A stretch of DNA of 64,000 bases from Minisyncoccota bacterium (GTDB lineage Bacteria > Patescibacteriota > Minisyncoccia > Phycocordibacterales > UBA918). Shown piece after piece: positions 35,566-45,996 of the stretch; position 1 is the stretch's first letter; each line of letters starts with the position of its first letter. The notes under the pieces are model-generated. The model did not search any database. It was not told the origin of the DNA and saw only the letters and a list, made by a program, of their open reading frames with translations. Made by a program: the position numbers and the translations under genes. The stretch lies in the NCBI GenBank assembly GCA_041389025.1, contig JAWKSP010000001.1, positions 256,002-320,001 on the forward strand. Direction: 5' to 3'.

Positions 35566-37095
35566 TTATCGAGCGTAACTAATTACTCTAGTTTCTCTTA
35601 TCACATGAACTTTAATTTCGCCCGGATAGCGTAGATTCGATTCGATGTTAGTAGCAATCGTTCTAGCTAAATTGTGAGTATCAAAGTCATTTAGCTCAGT
35701 TGGATTTACTAGTACTCGTACTTCTCGACCAGCAGCAATAGCAAAAACTTTTTCTACTCCTTGAATGGTGGCGGCAATGGCTTCTAGGTCAGTTAATCTT
35801 TTTATATAGTTTTCAATCGAGTCTCGTCTAGCGCCTGGTCGTCCACCAGAGATAGCGTCAGCTACCTGAACTATAATGGATTCTGGTGTTTCGTATGGAT
35901 ACTCTTCATGATGGGCTCGCATTGCTAAAATAACTTTTTCATCAACACCGTATTTTTGTAAAATACGAATACCAATTTCAACATGAGTGCCGGCTACTTC
36001 ATGACTAACAGTTTTTCCGATATCGTGTAGTAAGGCTCCTGCTCTGGCAGTAGCTACATCAGCACCAATTTCTTCAGCGATAATAGCTGATAGGTGAGCC
36101 ATTTCGACCGAATGCCAAAGTACATTTTGGCCATAACTAGTACGGAAGTGTAGTCGACCAAGAATACTAACTAAGTCTGGATGAAGGTTTGGTACGTTAG
36201 CATCATAACAAGCTTTCTCACCCATTTTCTTTACTATTTTCCCAACTTCTTTACGAGCATTTTCAACTTCTTCTTCAATTCTGGCTGGTTGAATTCGACC
36301 ATCTTTTAGTAAAGCTTCCAAGGCTACTTTGGCAATTTCGCGACGAATGGGATCAAAAGAAGATAATACTATATAACCTGGAGTTTCATCGATTAAAACA
36401 TCAACACCAGTAACTCGCTCAAAAGCGCGGACATTTCTTCCTTCTTTTCCAATTACTTTACCTTTTAGGTCGTCACTTGGTATTTCTACGTTGGCAGTCA
36501 TGACATTAGTTGGCATGTTGTTGCCTACTCGATGTATGGCTGCGAGAAGAATATTTTGAGCTTTCTCTTCAAAATATTCTGTACCCAGACGTTCTATTTT
36601 TTCTAAATGAAGTCTTAAGTCTTCCTCTCTGTCTTTTTCTATTTTTTGTACAATAGAAGTATAAGCTTCTTCAGTGGTTAGACCAGCTACTTCTTCTAGT
36701 TTTTTTTCTATATCAGCTTTTCTTTCATCCAATTGGACTTTGATAGACTTAACTTCTTGTATTTTTCCTTGTAAGGCTTCTCGTTGTGAATCAATATCAA
36801 TTTGTCGGTTGTCTAAGAGTTCCTCTTTTTTTAAAAGACGATCTTCCTTAGTGGCTAGTTTTTCTTCTTGAGTTTTTCTTTCGGTTTTAGCTTCTGTTTC
36901 AATTTTGGTTGCTTTATCTTCAGCTTTTTCTACTATCTCAATCGCATGTTTTTCAGCTTCAACTAACTTTTCCTTAATTTCAATTTCAATTGATGATTTT
37001 TTGGATAAGGCTTGGAGATATCTTAGGTAATTTCCGGCTATAACTCCTAAGCCAAATACTACAACGAAAGCCAACCCTGTAATCAATGGTGACAT
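35566..37095 (-). CDS. rny: ribonuclease Y
   Basis: N-terminal transmembrane helix, coiled coil, KH domain (GKVIGKEGRNVRAFERVTG) and HD domain (LHFRTSYGQNVLWHSVEMAHL...LLHDIGK). Confidence 0.9.
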   Translation of the reverse strand: MSPLITGLAFVVVFGLGVIAGNYLRYLQALSKKSSIEIEIKEKLVEAEKHAIEIVEKAEDKATKIETEAKTERKTQEEKLATKEDRLLKKEELLDNRQIDIDSQREALQGKIQEVKSIKVQLDERKADIEKKLEEVAGLTTEEAYTSIVQKIEKDREEDLRLHLEKIERLGTEYFEEKAQNILLAAIHRVGNNMPTNVMTANVEIPSDDLKGKVIGKEGRNVRAFERVTGVDVLIDETPGYIVLSSFDPIRREIAKVALEALLKDGRIQPARIEEEVENARKEVGKIVKKMGEKACYDANVPNLHPDLVSILGRLHFRTSYGQNVLWHSVEMAHLSAIIAEEIGADVATARAGALLHDIGKTVSHEVAGTHVEIGIRILQKYGVDEKVILAMRAHHEEYPYETPESIIVQVADAISGGRPGARRDSIENYIKRLTDLEAIAATIQGVEKVFAIAAGREVRVLVNPTELNDFDTHNLARTIATNIESNLRYPGEIKVHVIRETRVISYAR

Positions 37096-37244
37096 AATCG
37101 ATGTTTAATTATTAAAAATTCTTTTTCTTTCTCTCGTGACAGTGAATCAGGCCTACCCTAGCAAAATTATAACAGGTTGTAAAACTAATAACTATGGTCA
37201 ATAAAAGCCCCGCGCCGTAGGCGCGGGGCTTTTATTGAGGTAAA

Positions 37245-37853
37245 TTATTTATAAATTTTATCAATAATGCCATATTTATGAGCTTCTTCAGCATCCATAA
37301 AGAAGTCTCGTTCAACATCTTGTTCGATCTTACTTAGTTTTTGACCAGTGGCTTTGGCTAACATTTTATTTAAACGGTCACGTATCTTTAGAATTTGCTT
37401 AGCAGTTATATCAATATCAGTCGCCTGTCCATGAGCTCCGCCCATCGGTTGATGAATCATTACTTCAGCATTTGGTAAGATAAAACGCTTGCCTTTGGCG
37501 CCTTGCGACAAAATCAGTGAACCCATAGAAGCGGCTAGACCAACACATACTGTCGCCACATCGGCTTTTACGTGATGCATGGTGTCGATGATGGCCATGC
37601 CGGCCGTCACACTACCGCCTGGGGAATTTACGTAAATAAAAATGTCTTTTTTCGGGTCTTCTGCTTCTAAAAAAAGTAATTGAGCTACTACTAAGTTAGC
37701 CATATGGTCTTCAATCTGTCCGGTAATAAAAATTATACGTTCTTTTAAAAGACGTGAATAAATATCAAAAGCCCGCTCACCACCTTGGGTTTTTTCAATT
37801 ACCATCGGTACCAAGGTAGCTTGTGGCAAATCTCTTTTTGTATTGTTTTCCAT
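37245..37853 (-). CDS. clpP: ATP-dependent Clp protease proteolytic subunit
   Basis: [13 protein letters not shown]...[19 protein letters not shown]...[11 protein letters not shown], the Ser-His-Asp triad context. Confidence 0.9.
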   Translation of the reverse strand: MENNTKRDLPQATLVPMVIEKTQGGERAFDIYSRLLKERIIFITGQIEDHMANLVVAQLLFLEAEDPKKDIFIYVNSPGGSVTAGMAIIDTMHHVKADVATVCVGLAASMGSLILSQGAKGKRFILPNAEVMIHQPMGGAHGQATDIDITAKQILKIRDRLNKMLAKATGQKLSKIEQDVERDFFMDAEEAHKYGIIDKIYK

Positions 37854-38005
37854 AGATTTGGTAATCTTAGCAAAAGTTTTTAATAGTTACTAGATGCTAA
37901 ATGATTAATCGCCGCCCTATGATTAAAGGCGGCGATATGTGTTGGTAGGTATGGAATAGAAATTAATCGCTGGAATCTGCATCTTTAGCTTAAACCTGTA
38001 TCATA

Positions 38006-38266
38006 TCAATTTCTGCTTCTATTTTTCGCTCCTGTAGGTTTAAAATAACAATAACCAATGTCAGCTTTTTTGTTCAAATACCACTTACCGTTTTTGCTAG
38101 AACAAGCATTCTTACCCTCAGATGTATTCTTAAAAAATATTAATGAGTCTCCTGGTTCATGAGGTAATCGATTATTTGAATAATCGTAGGATGTTTTAAG
38201 TAATCCTACCGCAAGTATTACTAGCGAAATAACTGCCACCAAGAATCCTACAGCATATTTATCCAT
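38006..38266 (-). CDS. small membrane-anchored hypothetical protein (86 aa)
   Basis: N-terminal transmembrane helix; no motifs. Confidence 0.4.
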   Translation of the reverse strand: MDKYAVGFLVAVISLVILAVGLLKTSYDYSNNRLPHEPGDSLIFFKNTSEGKNACSSKNGKWYLNKKADIGYCYFKPTGAKNRSRN

Positions 38267-38323
38267 TTTGAACCTCCTCCTTTAAATTAGGCTCGTTTGA
38301 TTTTGTAGCATTATTTTAGTGTA

Positions 38324-38368
38324 GTGTCAAAAAGCTGGGCGCCCGTAGGGCGCCCAGCTTTTTGACAC
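38324..38368 (-). terminator. intrinsic terminator of tig
   Basis: gtgtcaaaaagctgggcgcccgtagggcgcccagctttttgacac. Confidence 0.75.
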
Positions 38369-38371
38369 ATA

Positions 38372-39538
38372 CTATTTTGATTTAGATTCTTCCTTATCCT
38401 TTTTCTCTTTTGTATCTCTCTTTTCTTCACCACCTTCAAGCATTTTTAAAACTGCTTCATTTATCAAAATGGTAGAGACATAAGTTCGGACTCGATTCAC
38501 ATCTGCGTCTTTGTACATTTCTAATAATTCTTTTACTTGTCCTTCGACTAGGTCTTGGTTTGGTTTAATATCTTCTTTTTTAGCAATTTCATTTAAGATT
38601 AGTTGCAATTTAGCTCTTTTCTCAGCAGCTGGAGTCCATTCTTTTTGTAATTCTTCTTTAGTTTTTTTGATATGAGTTAAGTAGTCATCCATCTTTAAGT
38701 TAGAACGTTTTAAATCCTCTTCCATTTGCGCCAACATTTGTTGTAGTTCAGAGTCAATCAAAACCTGTGGCAATTGCATATCAGTCGCTTCAATAATTGC
38801 GTCGGTAATTTTGGCGCGGTGTTCGGTTTTTACTTCACGGGCTTTTTCGATTTCTAAATGTTCACGAAGTTTATTCTTAAAATCTTCAACTGTATTAAAT
38901 TGTCCTGGTTGACCAAGTGTCTTTACCAAATCATCAGTTAATTCTGGAATTTTTTCTTCATCATCTTTTTCTACTGTTTCTGGAGTCGGTAAGTCTGTAT
39001 CAGAGGTATTGGCAGAGGCTTTCTTTTGTAGTTTTTCGTAAGCCATCTTTTGACGTAGGATGTCTTTTATTTTAGTTTCCAATTCTTCATCGGTTACCTT
39101 ACTATCAGCTTTGTTCTGGTTAAAGCCGTCAGCAATATTTTGGTAATTTGGTAAATCAAATTTCGGTAAAATGGCCACAGTGGCGGTAAATGCTAGAGGG
39201 TTATTAGGAGCCATTTTGGTGATTTCAATCTTTGGATGACCAATCGCATCTATTTTGTGAGCTTCTAGGATGTGTGGGTAGAAATGTGACAAAGCACGTT
39301 CGGCCATTTCATTTAAAATAGCCATCTCACCGATGTGTTTTACCAAAACCGCTTCCGGTACATGACCTTTACGAAAACCATCAAGTTCAACATTCTTTCC
39401 TAAAGCTTTGATGGCGGTGCTTCTTTCTTTTAATAATTCTTCATAAGCGATTTCACCAGTTATTTTTACTTGTGAATTTTCCTCTTCAGTAACGGTAAAA
39501 TCCTTTTTAAAATCAATATTGTGTTCATGTGTAGACAT
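38372..39538 (-). CDS. tig: trigger factor
   Basis: Ribosome-binding N-domain, PPIase-like middle (DGFRKGHVPEAV) and C-terminal arms. Conserved tig-clpP order. The start may lie at 39592 (longer ORF). Confidence 0.85.
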   Translation of the reverse strand: MSTHEHNIDFKKDFTVTEEENSQVKITGEIAYEELLKERSTAIKALGKNVELDGFRKGHVPEAVLVKHIGEMAILNEMAERALSHFYPHILEAHKIDAIGHPKIEITKMAPNNPLAFTATVAILPKFDLPNYQNIADGFNQNKADSKVTDEELETKIKDILRQKMAYEKLQKKASANTSDTDLPTPETVEKDDEEKIPELTDDLVKTLGQPGQFNTVEDFKNKLREHLEIEKAREVKTEHRAKITDAIIEATDMQLPQVLIDSELQQMLAQMEEDLKRSNLKMDDYLTHIKKTKEELQKEWTPAAEKRAKLQLILNEIAKKEDIKPNQDLVEGQVKELLEMYKDADVNRVRTYVSTILINEAVLKMLEGGEEKRDTKEKKDKEESKSK

Positions 39539-39604
39539 AGTATGGGCTAGTTTACGCATATCTCGTATAAATGCAACTATTTTATTTTTCAATTATTTAT
39601 TTAA

Positions 39605-39940
39605 TTATTCTCCCAATTCTCTTTCTATAGTTTGTAGTTCTAGAGTAAGTGAATCTAGGTTGGTGCTGTTTAGGTCAGCTTCAATCGCTTCTAGTTCATC
39701 GGAAGGACTCATAACTTTAAGACTATCTACTTGGGCGTAAGCAGTAGCGCTTTCTGGTTCTTTGTTTATTTCTGGAGATGGTCTCTCAGGAAGTATTTTA
39801 CTGATTGGTTGATTAGGTTTATCGGCCATTTTTATAATAAGTGTAACTAATATTAAAATAACAATTATCGCAAAAATTATTAGTTGACGCTTGGTAATTT
39901 TAAATTCAGTGAATTCATCGATTTTAATTTTTTCTTTCAT
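39605..39940 (-). CDS. hypothetical membrane-anchored protein (111 aa)
   Basis: Single transmembrane helix; no motifs. Confidence 0.4.
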   Translation of the reverse strand: MKEKIKIDEFTEFKITKRQLIIFAIIVILILVTLIIKMADKPNQPISKILPERPSPEINKEPESATAYAQVDSLKVMSPSDELEAIEADLNSTNLDSLTLELQTIERELGE

Positions 39941-39944
39941 GTAT

Positions 39945-40691
39945 TTATTGTTCTGATTGACTTACTTCGGTTTCTGAATATTCCTCTACGGTACTGTTTA
40001 TTTGAAATGTTTCGGCTGCTGGGGTTTGTTTTAAATCATTAACGATTTTTATTAATTTACTTTGATTTTCTAATACTATTTTTTCAGTGGCTTGGTATGA
40101 GGTTTTGGGTACTGACCAAGTCTCTTTGGGTTTATCTGAGGTGACAGCCTCGTATACTTCAAGGTTAATTTGACTCATAATTGATTTGGCTTCAGTTAAA
40201 TTATCTTTAATTAAAGTTAGTTCTAGTCTTGCTTCACTAACATTTCGACCGGTTTGTTCTAGTTTGTTTATTCGTCTTTCTAATCTAGTAATAATTTTTT
40301 CATGACGGTAGAGAGCGGCGTCCAAGCGGTTACTTACATTGGCGGCGAGGTTTAAAATCCGTTTTTGTTTTTCAATGTCTAAAGCAGATTTTGTTACAGT
40401 CGTTTCGTCCAAATTTTCTTTTGGTAGTGGAGTTATTTCTTGGTTTTCGGATTGATTTTCTGTAGTGGTAGCTAAACCTTCACTGCTAGTATTGGTCGTG
40501 GTACTGGTTTCTTTTGTTATTTCTATTGTTTCTAATTGTTCATTTTTAGTTACGTCCTCAATGGTATCTGTAGTAGTAGATATTTCTTCCGCTTGACTGA
40601 TGAGGGTAAAGTAAAAAAATATAAATATAGATAATAAAACCAAAAAAAATGTTAACAAAAGGCGGTTTGATTTTAAGTTATTTTTGTTCAT
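39945..40691 (-). CDS. hypothetical secreted/membrane coiled-coil protein (248 aa)
   Basis: N-terminal transmembrane/signal segment, T/S/E-rich low complexity, coiled coil. Confidence 0.45.
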   Translation of the reverse strand: MNKNNLKSNRLLLTFFLVLLSIFIFFYFTLISQAEEISTTTDTIEDVTKNEQLETIEITKETSTTTNTSSEGLATTTENQSENQEITPLPKENLDETTVTKSALDIEKQKRILNLAANVSNRLDAALYRHEKIITRLERRINKLEQTGRNVSEARLELTLIKDNLTEAKSIMSQINLEVYEAVTSDKPKETWSVPKTSYQATEKIVLENQSKLIKIVNDLKQTPAAETFQINSTVEEYSETEVSQSEQ

Positions 40692-40823
40692 CTTTAAATT
40701 TTAACAAGGATATCAATCCTTGCAAAAATATTTTAAGTGACAAAAATTTAAGGTAGATAATTTGAATACATAAAGGCCGGAAAGCTTCGCTTTCCGGCCT
40801 TTATACTTTTCTTCAAAAGATTA

Positions 40824-41345
40824 TTATTTCTTACTTTCTTTGTATAGTTCACGACTCTTATCAAAAGCTTTCATAGCTTCATCCTTGCCGTGCCAAGCTC
40901 CGATTGATACTTCTTTATTTTGAATTTTTTTGTAGGTCTCAAAGAAGTGAGTCATTTCTTTAATGAAATGCTTATTGATATCTTTTAGGTCATTTATTTC
41001 TTCAAAGCGCGGATCATCGGCCGGTACCGCTACTACTTTGTCGTCTCTTTCGCCACCGTCAGTCATCTCCATAATAGCGATTGGACGAGCTTTGACCAGT
41101 ATACCGGGAGCTAATGGGTAAGTGGTTAAAACCACTACATCCAAAGCATCGCCATCATCAAACAAAGTTTGTGGCACAAAACCATAGTCAAATGGATAAT
41201 CTTGAGCGGTATGCATCACACGATCAAGAGCAATCATACCAGTCTCTTTATCAATCTCGTACTTGTTTTTTGAGAATTTAGGAATTTCGATAATAACGTT
41301 CATTATTTCCTTAGTACCTGGAGCAACATCGTGTAGTAAGTTCAT
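40824..41345 (-). CDS. ppa: inorganic pyrophosphatase (family I)
   Basis: IEIPKFSKNKYEID...DYGFVPQTLFDDGDALDVVVL...DDKVVAV, the PPase active-site acidic residues. Confidence 0.9.
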   Translation of the reverse strand: MNLLHDVAPGTKEIMNVIIEIPKFSKNKYEIDKETGMIALDRVMHTAQDYPFDYGFVPQTLFDDGDALDVVVLTTYPLAPGILVKARPIAIMEMTDGGERDDKVVAVPADDPRFEEINDLKDINKHFIKEMTHFFETYKKIQNKEVSIGAWHGKDEAMKAFDKSRELYKESKK

Positions 41346-41358
41346 AGTTTGTTTATTA

Positions 41359-42750
41359 TTAGTTTTTTTCTAATTCTGCTTCTGCTTCTTCTGGAGTATC
41401 TATTTCATCGGCTTCATCGTCATCAGGGTTAGTATCACGGTCGCTAGTTGGTTCGTCTTCATCTGGTAATTCTGGTTTGGTGGTGGTGGCGTCTTCATTT
41501 TCTAGCACGTCTTCGTCGCTACCAACTGGAGTATCTTCATCGGCTTCTAGTTCTACATTACCACTTTCATCAGCCGTGGCTAATTCTTCACCACCTTGAG
41601 CTGAAATGATATCGATTTTCCAACCGGTTAGTTTGGCAGCTAGACGTACATTTTGTCCACCACGGCCAATTGCCAAAGATTGTTGGTCGTTAGTAACGGT
41701 AGCAATTGCGTGTCCTCGTTCATGATTTTTTTCATCCGGTTCAGCAACGATTTCTATTCCTATCACTTGAGCTGGTGATAAAGCATCTTCGATAAACTCA
41801 GCTGGATCAGCCGACCATTCAATGATGTCAATTTTTTCTCCACCTAATTCACTCATCACGGTAGATACTCGTACTCCACGCTGACCAACCATTGAACCAA
41901 CCGGATCGATGTGATCATCGTTAGCAAAGACCGCAATTTTTGATCGAGAACCAGCCTCTCTAGCTACCGCTTTTACTTCTACGGTGCCATTTTGTAGTTC
42001 TGGTGCTTCAATCGCAAACAAACCAGTTAAGAAATCAGCGTGGGCGCGAGAAAGTTTAAGGAAAATTCCGCGCGGAGTTTCTTCAACGGCTAGCAAAATA
42101 GCGCGAATTCTTTCCCCTGGTTTAAATCGTTCGCCAGGAATTTGCTCGTCATAAGGCATGACGGCCGTTACTCGTCCTAAATCAACATATAAATTTCCAC
42201 GTTCAAAACGCTGTACATGACCAATTACGATGTCGCCAGCTTTTTGGCCAAACTCAGCTAAAGCTGATTCTTTTTCAGCCTCACGAATTTTTTGTACAAT
42301 TACTTGCTTGGCAGTTTGGGCGGCGATACGACCAAAATCGTCTTTTGATTCCAGTGGGAAAGTTAATTCTTCACCAGCCCCGACATCTTTTTTGATCATG
42401 CGAGCAGTATTGAGCATAATATGCTTTTCTTCATCAAAGCGGACACGAGTGTCTTCCTCGTCACTTTCTTCTTCTGTTTTTGCTTCAGTACTAGCTGTTT
42501 CGTCATCTTCATCTTCGTCAGCTTCCGGCTTGAGCATACTCTCATCTACTACTATCTTTACTTGCTCGAAAGTCACATCACCGGTATTTAAATCAAAGTC
42601 GGCGGTAATAATCTGACCCTTTTTACCAAATTCTTTTTTGTAGGCGGTAGCGAGAGATTGCTCGATGGCGTCGATCATCTTTTCTCGCGGAATACCGCGT
42701 TCTTCTTCCAATTCAGACAAAACAGAGTTAATTACTTTTAAGTCAAACAT
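41359..42750 (-). CDS. nusA: transcription termination/antitermination factor NusA (with acidic C-terminal tail)
   Basis: N-terminal domain, S1 domain (GDIVIGHVQRFERGNLYVDLG), and two KH domains (GQRGVRVSTVMSELGGEKIDII; GRGGQNVRLAAKLTGWKIDII). Confidence 0.9.
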   Translation of the reverse strand: MFDLKVINSVLSELEEERGIPREKMIDAIEQSLATAYKKEFGKKGQIITADFDLNTGDVTFEQVKIVVDESMLKPEADEDEDDETASTEAKTEEESDEEDTRVRFDEEKHIMLNTARMIKKDVGAGEELTFPLESKDDFGRIAAQTAKQVIVQKIREAEKESALAEFGQKAGDIVIGHVQRFERGNLYVDLGRVTAVMPYDEQIPGERFKPGERIRAILLAVEETPRGIFLKLSRAHADFLTGLFAIEAPELQNGTVEVKAVAREAGSRSKIAVFANDDHIDPVGSMVGQRGVRVSTVMSELGGEKIDIIEWSADPAEFIEDALSPAQVIGIEIVAEPDEKNHERGHAIATVTNDQQSLAIGRGGQNVRLAAKLTGWKIDIISAQGGEELATADESGNVELEADEDTPVGSDEDVLENEDATTTKPELPDEDEPTSDRDTNPDDDEADEIDTPEEAEAELEKN

Positions 42751-42936
42751 AATCGTTATTTAAATTAATAAAATCAATAAATTCAAAAAAATTCCTAAAT
42801 CTCCACGAAGAATGCCCGGCGGACGCCGAGCATTCAATCAGTAGTTGTATTATAGACTAATTTTAAGGAAAGTAAAGTACGACTAAAATATTGACGGCTT
42901 TGACGCAATAAGTGATATTAGGCTAAGGAAAGGAGT

Positions 42937-43260
42937 TTGTTTATTAAAATTTGTGAGAGTAGAGAAATGAACGGTAATCGATTTTCTGTTTTTCTAAGAA
43001 CTATAAATACTGGCGTGGTTGGTTTGTGGCCGAGGTTTAAATTTAAAAGAGCTTTTCATCGGATTCAATTAGCTTTATTCAACTTGATGTTTTCTTTTAT
43101 CACGATTGAAAAAGACAAAAGGGAACGCCGTAAAAAATATGGTAGAGCGGTAGCGCAAATTGCTAAAGGTTTTTCTTATATCTTGATTATCATTTTTTTG
43201 ATAACTATTATCCCAGGTTCATTCGTATTTATTGGTTCGTTGATAATTGTACTGTTTTAA
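42937..43260 (+). CDS. hypothetical small membrane protein
   Basis: 107 aa, two hydrophobic helices. Confidence 0.35.
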   Translation: MFIKICESREMNGNRFSVFLRTINTGVVGLWPRFKFKRAFHRIQLALFNLMFSFITIEKDKRERRKKYGRAVAQIAKGFSYILIIIFLITIIPGSFVFIGSLIIVLF

Positions 43261-43313
43261 AAAACCGCTTTGGACAAAGTCCAAAGCGGTTTTATTAAAT
43301 TTTCTTAAATAAT

Positions 43314-44033
43314 TTACAGTACTTTTAACTCTAAACTGTAAAAACCAATTAAAAAGAATATTAAAGCCAGAGTAGCTAGCCCTAAAAAGACTACCAGCGC
43401 GGCCTTAGATCCCGTTTTCTTTTCATAGTTTACTATCGAGAAAATAGTTGAAGCTAAGACCATAATAAAACCTGAAACTAAAAATTTGTTGTATACATTT
43501 AAACTGTACAAAAATGGTACAGATGTTAAAAAAAACAACAGTATATTGGTCCCAACCAATATTTCCGGTGAATCTGCTAGACTTTTATACCGCTTAGTTT
43601 TAAACAGGTATAACAGCGATAAAAAGTAGATGGATAAGCCTCCTGTTGCTAATAGGGTAATAAATAAAATGACGTTAAGAGTGGGCTCGCTTTCAGATAT
43701 TTCATAACCAACTTTGATTATTTCACTGCTATCAGTTTGGTATTTGTATTCCTGCCATGAACAAATTTTTTTAAACTTCACCAAATCCACTTTTTCATTC
43801 AGGCATTGCTCATTATGGTAGATAATTTCATCAGGTTTACTCAAAGCCTCTATTATAGTAGTTGGCTTTTGATTGATTTCTTTTGGTACTGTTACCTCAG
43901 AAACCTCTCCGTAAAGTATCACTTTTTTTCCGTTAATATCTTTTCCTACCTTAACCTTTGTTTCAGCTATAACAGTAGGACAGATAAGGAAAAATACCGA
44001 AAACAATAATACAAAATTATATTTTTTCATCAC
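43314..44033 (-). CDS. hypothetical membrane protein with signal peptide (239 aa)
   Basis: Signal peptide, extracytoplasmic domain, then 3-4 transmembrane helices. Confidence 0.45.
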   Translation of the reverse strand: MMKKYNFVLLFSVFFLICPTVIAETKVKVGKDINGKKVILYGEVSEVTVPKEINQKPTTIIEALSKPDEIIYHNEQCLNEKVDLVKFKKICSWQEYKYQTDSSEIIKVGYEISESEPTLNVILFITLLATGGLSIYFLSLLYLFKTKRYKSLADSPEILVGTNILLFFLTSVPFLYSLNVYNKFLVSGFIMVLASTIFSIVNYEKKTGSKAALVVFLGLATLALIFFLIGFYSLELKVL

Positions 44034-44222
44034 ACTTCTCCTTGGATGATTTTATAGAGGAACTACTTTAGAAGCTTTTTTAGCATAGTTATTATAAAAC
44101 GACAATAGTTACGTAAGTTACGTAGTTATGTTTTTTATTAGTAATTGAAATCTGTGTAAATTTTTGGTTAGTAAGAAAACTTTAATGTTAGAATAAAAGA
44201 GTAAGAAGCTCTAAAAAGCTCT

Positions 44223-45986
44223 TTGGGAATTGTTGTGCGTATAAAAGATGAACAACTTAAACGGTTTGTCCTGGACGCTAATCTGGTAAAAAAGTCCGAC
44301 ATTGAGTCAGCTGAGAAAGTAGCTAAGGAAGAAAGACGGACTTTGGCGGAGGCTTTGATTGCGGAAGGACATATGACCGAGGACGATATGCGACGAGTGG
44401 AGTCGTACGTGCTTGGTGTACCTTTTATTTCTTTAAAAGATGAAAAGATAGATTTTGAAGTTTTGTCACTGATTCCTGAGCCGGTTGCTCGCACTCACAA
44501 CATCATTGCTTATAAACTAAACGACAAACAGCTTGAGGTGGCTATGTTGGATACTGCCGATATGCCGGCAATTGATTTTGTAAAAAAGAAAGTCGGCTAC
44601 AAAATTTTGCCTCGCCTAACTGATAGTGAATCAATGCGAACGGCTTTGCGTCAGTATCAGAAAACTCTAAAAGATGAGTTTGGCGATATTATAATGAAAG
44701 ACGCTTCCGCTCTTAAGGTGGTAAGAGAAGAGGACGGGGAAGAGCTAAGTGAAAGTGATTTGAAGAAAATCGCTGAAGATTTGCCGGTGGTGCGTATTGT
44801 TGATACTTTACTTAGACATGCCATTATTCAAGGTGCGTCCGATATTCATATTGAGCCAGGGGAAGAGGAGGTGATTGTCCGATATCGTATTGATGGTATT
44901 TTAAATGATGCAATGAAACTACCCAAGCACGCTGCTGGTACTATAGTGGCTAGAGTTAAGGTTTTATCAAACCTTAAGTTAGACCAAAAACGTCTACCGC
45001 AAGACGGTCGATTTAAAATGAAAATGGACGGGCAAAAGGTTTCTTTCCGAGTTTCGGTTTTGCCGGTGTTTTACGGTGAAAAGATAGTAATGCGCCTTTT
45101 GCGAGAAAATCGCGCTGGTTTTTCGTTGGAAGGTATTGGATTTCACGGCAGTACTTTAGAGCGGGTACACAAAGCCACTCGCGCCACCACTGGAATAATT
45201 TTAGTGACGGGACCAACTGGTTCCGGAAAATCCACCACTTTGTATACGGTACTGGATATTTTAAATACTCCGGAAGTAAACATATCTACTATTGAAGATC
45301 CGATTGAGTATCAAATGGCGAGAGTAAATCAAAGTCAAGTTAAGCCGGATATTGGCTTTACTTTTGCGGCCGGCTTACGTTCTTTGATGCGTCAGGATCC
45401 GGACATTATTATGGTTGGTGAGATTCGTGATGAAGAGACTGCCAGTCTAGCTATCAACGCCGCCCTTACCGGCCACTTGGTTTTGGCTACTGTGCATACC
45501 AATTCTGCTTCCGGTACCGTAGCTCGTTTGATTGATATGGGAGTGGAATCTTTCTTATTGGTTTCTACTTTGCGAGTAGCGGTTGGGCAACGATTGGTGA
45601 GAAGATTGGCTGATGACAAAATCGCTTATACTTTAAGTAAGGCAGAAAGAGATGAACTTGGTGAGCATGTTGATTTGGACATTATTATGGATACTTTGAA
45701 GGAAGAGAAGATTGTTAAAGAAAATGCCACTTGGAACGATATTCAATTCTTTAAACCTAAAGAAAAAGGAGAAACAGAAGATGGTTATCATGGTCGAATG
45801 GGGATTCATGAAGTATTAGAGATCTCTTCTACTATAAAAGATATGGTGATCACCGGCAAAACCAGTGACGAGATTGAAAAACAAGCTCGTAAAGAAGGCA
45901 TGCTAACCATGATGGAAGACGGTATTTACAAAGCGGCTCGGGGACTAACCAGTATTGAGGAGGTGTTTAGGGTAATTAACGAATAA
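44223..45986 (+). CDS. pilB: type IV pilus assembly ATPase PilB / GspE family
   Basis: T2SE N-domain, then GASDIHIEPGEEEVIVRYRIDGIL, Walker A GPTGSGKSTT, and the Asp and His boxes. The start is non-ATG (TTG/GTG), so the exact start is uncertain. Confidence 0.9.
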   Translation: MGIVVRIKDEQLKRFVLDANLVKKSDIESAEKVAKEERRTLAEALIAEGHMTEDDMRRVESYVLGVPFISLKDEKIDFEVLSLIPEPVARTHNIIAYKLNDKQLEVAMLDTADMPAIDFVKKKVGYKILPRLTDSESMRTALRQYQKTLKDEFGDIIMKDASALKVVREEDGEELSESDLKKIAEDLPVVRIVDTLLRHAIIQGASDIHIEPGEEEVIVRYRIDGILNDAMKLPKHAAGTIVARVKVLSNLKLDQKRLPQDGRFKMKMDGQKVSFRVSVLPVFYGEKIVMRLLRENRAGFSLEGIGFHGSTLERVHKATRATTGIILVTGPTGSGKSTTLYTVLDILNTPEVNISTIEDPIEYQMARVNQSQVKPDIGFTFAAGLRSLMRQDPDIIMVGEIRDEETASLAINAALTGHLVLATVHTNSASGTVARLIDMGVESFLLVSTLRVAVGQRLVRRLADDKIAYTLSKAERDELGEHVDLDIIMDTLKEEKIVKENATWNDIQFFKPKEKGETEDGYHGRMGIHEVLEISSTIKDMVITGKTSDEIEKQARKEGMLTMMEDGIYKAARGLTSIEEVFRVINE

Positions 45987-45996
45987 TTATACATTT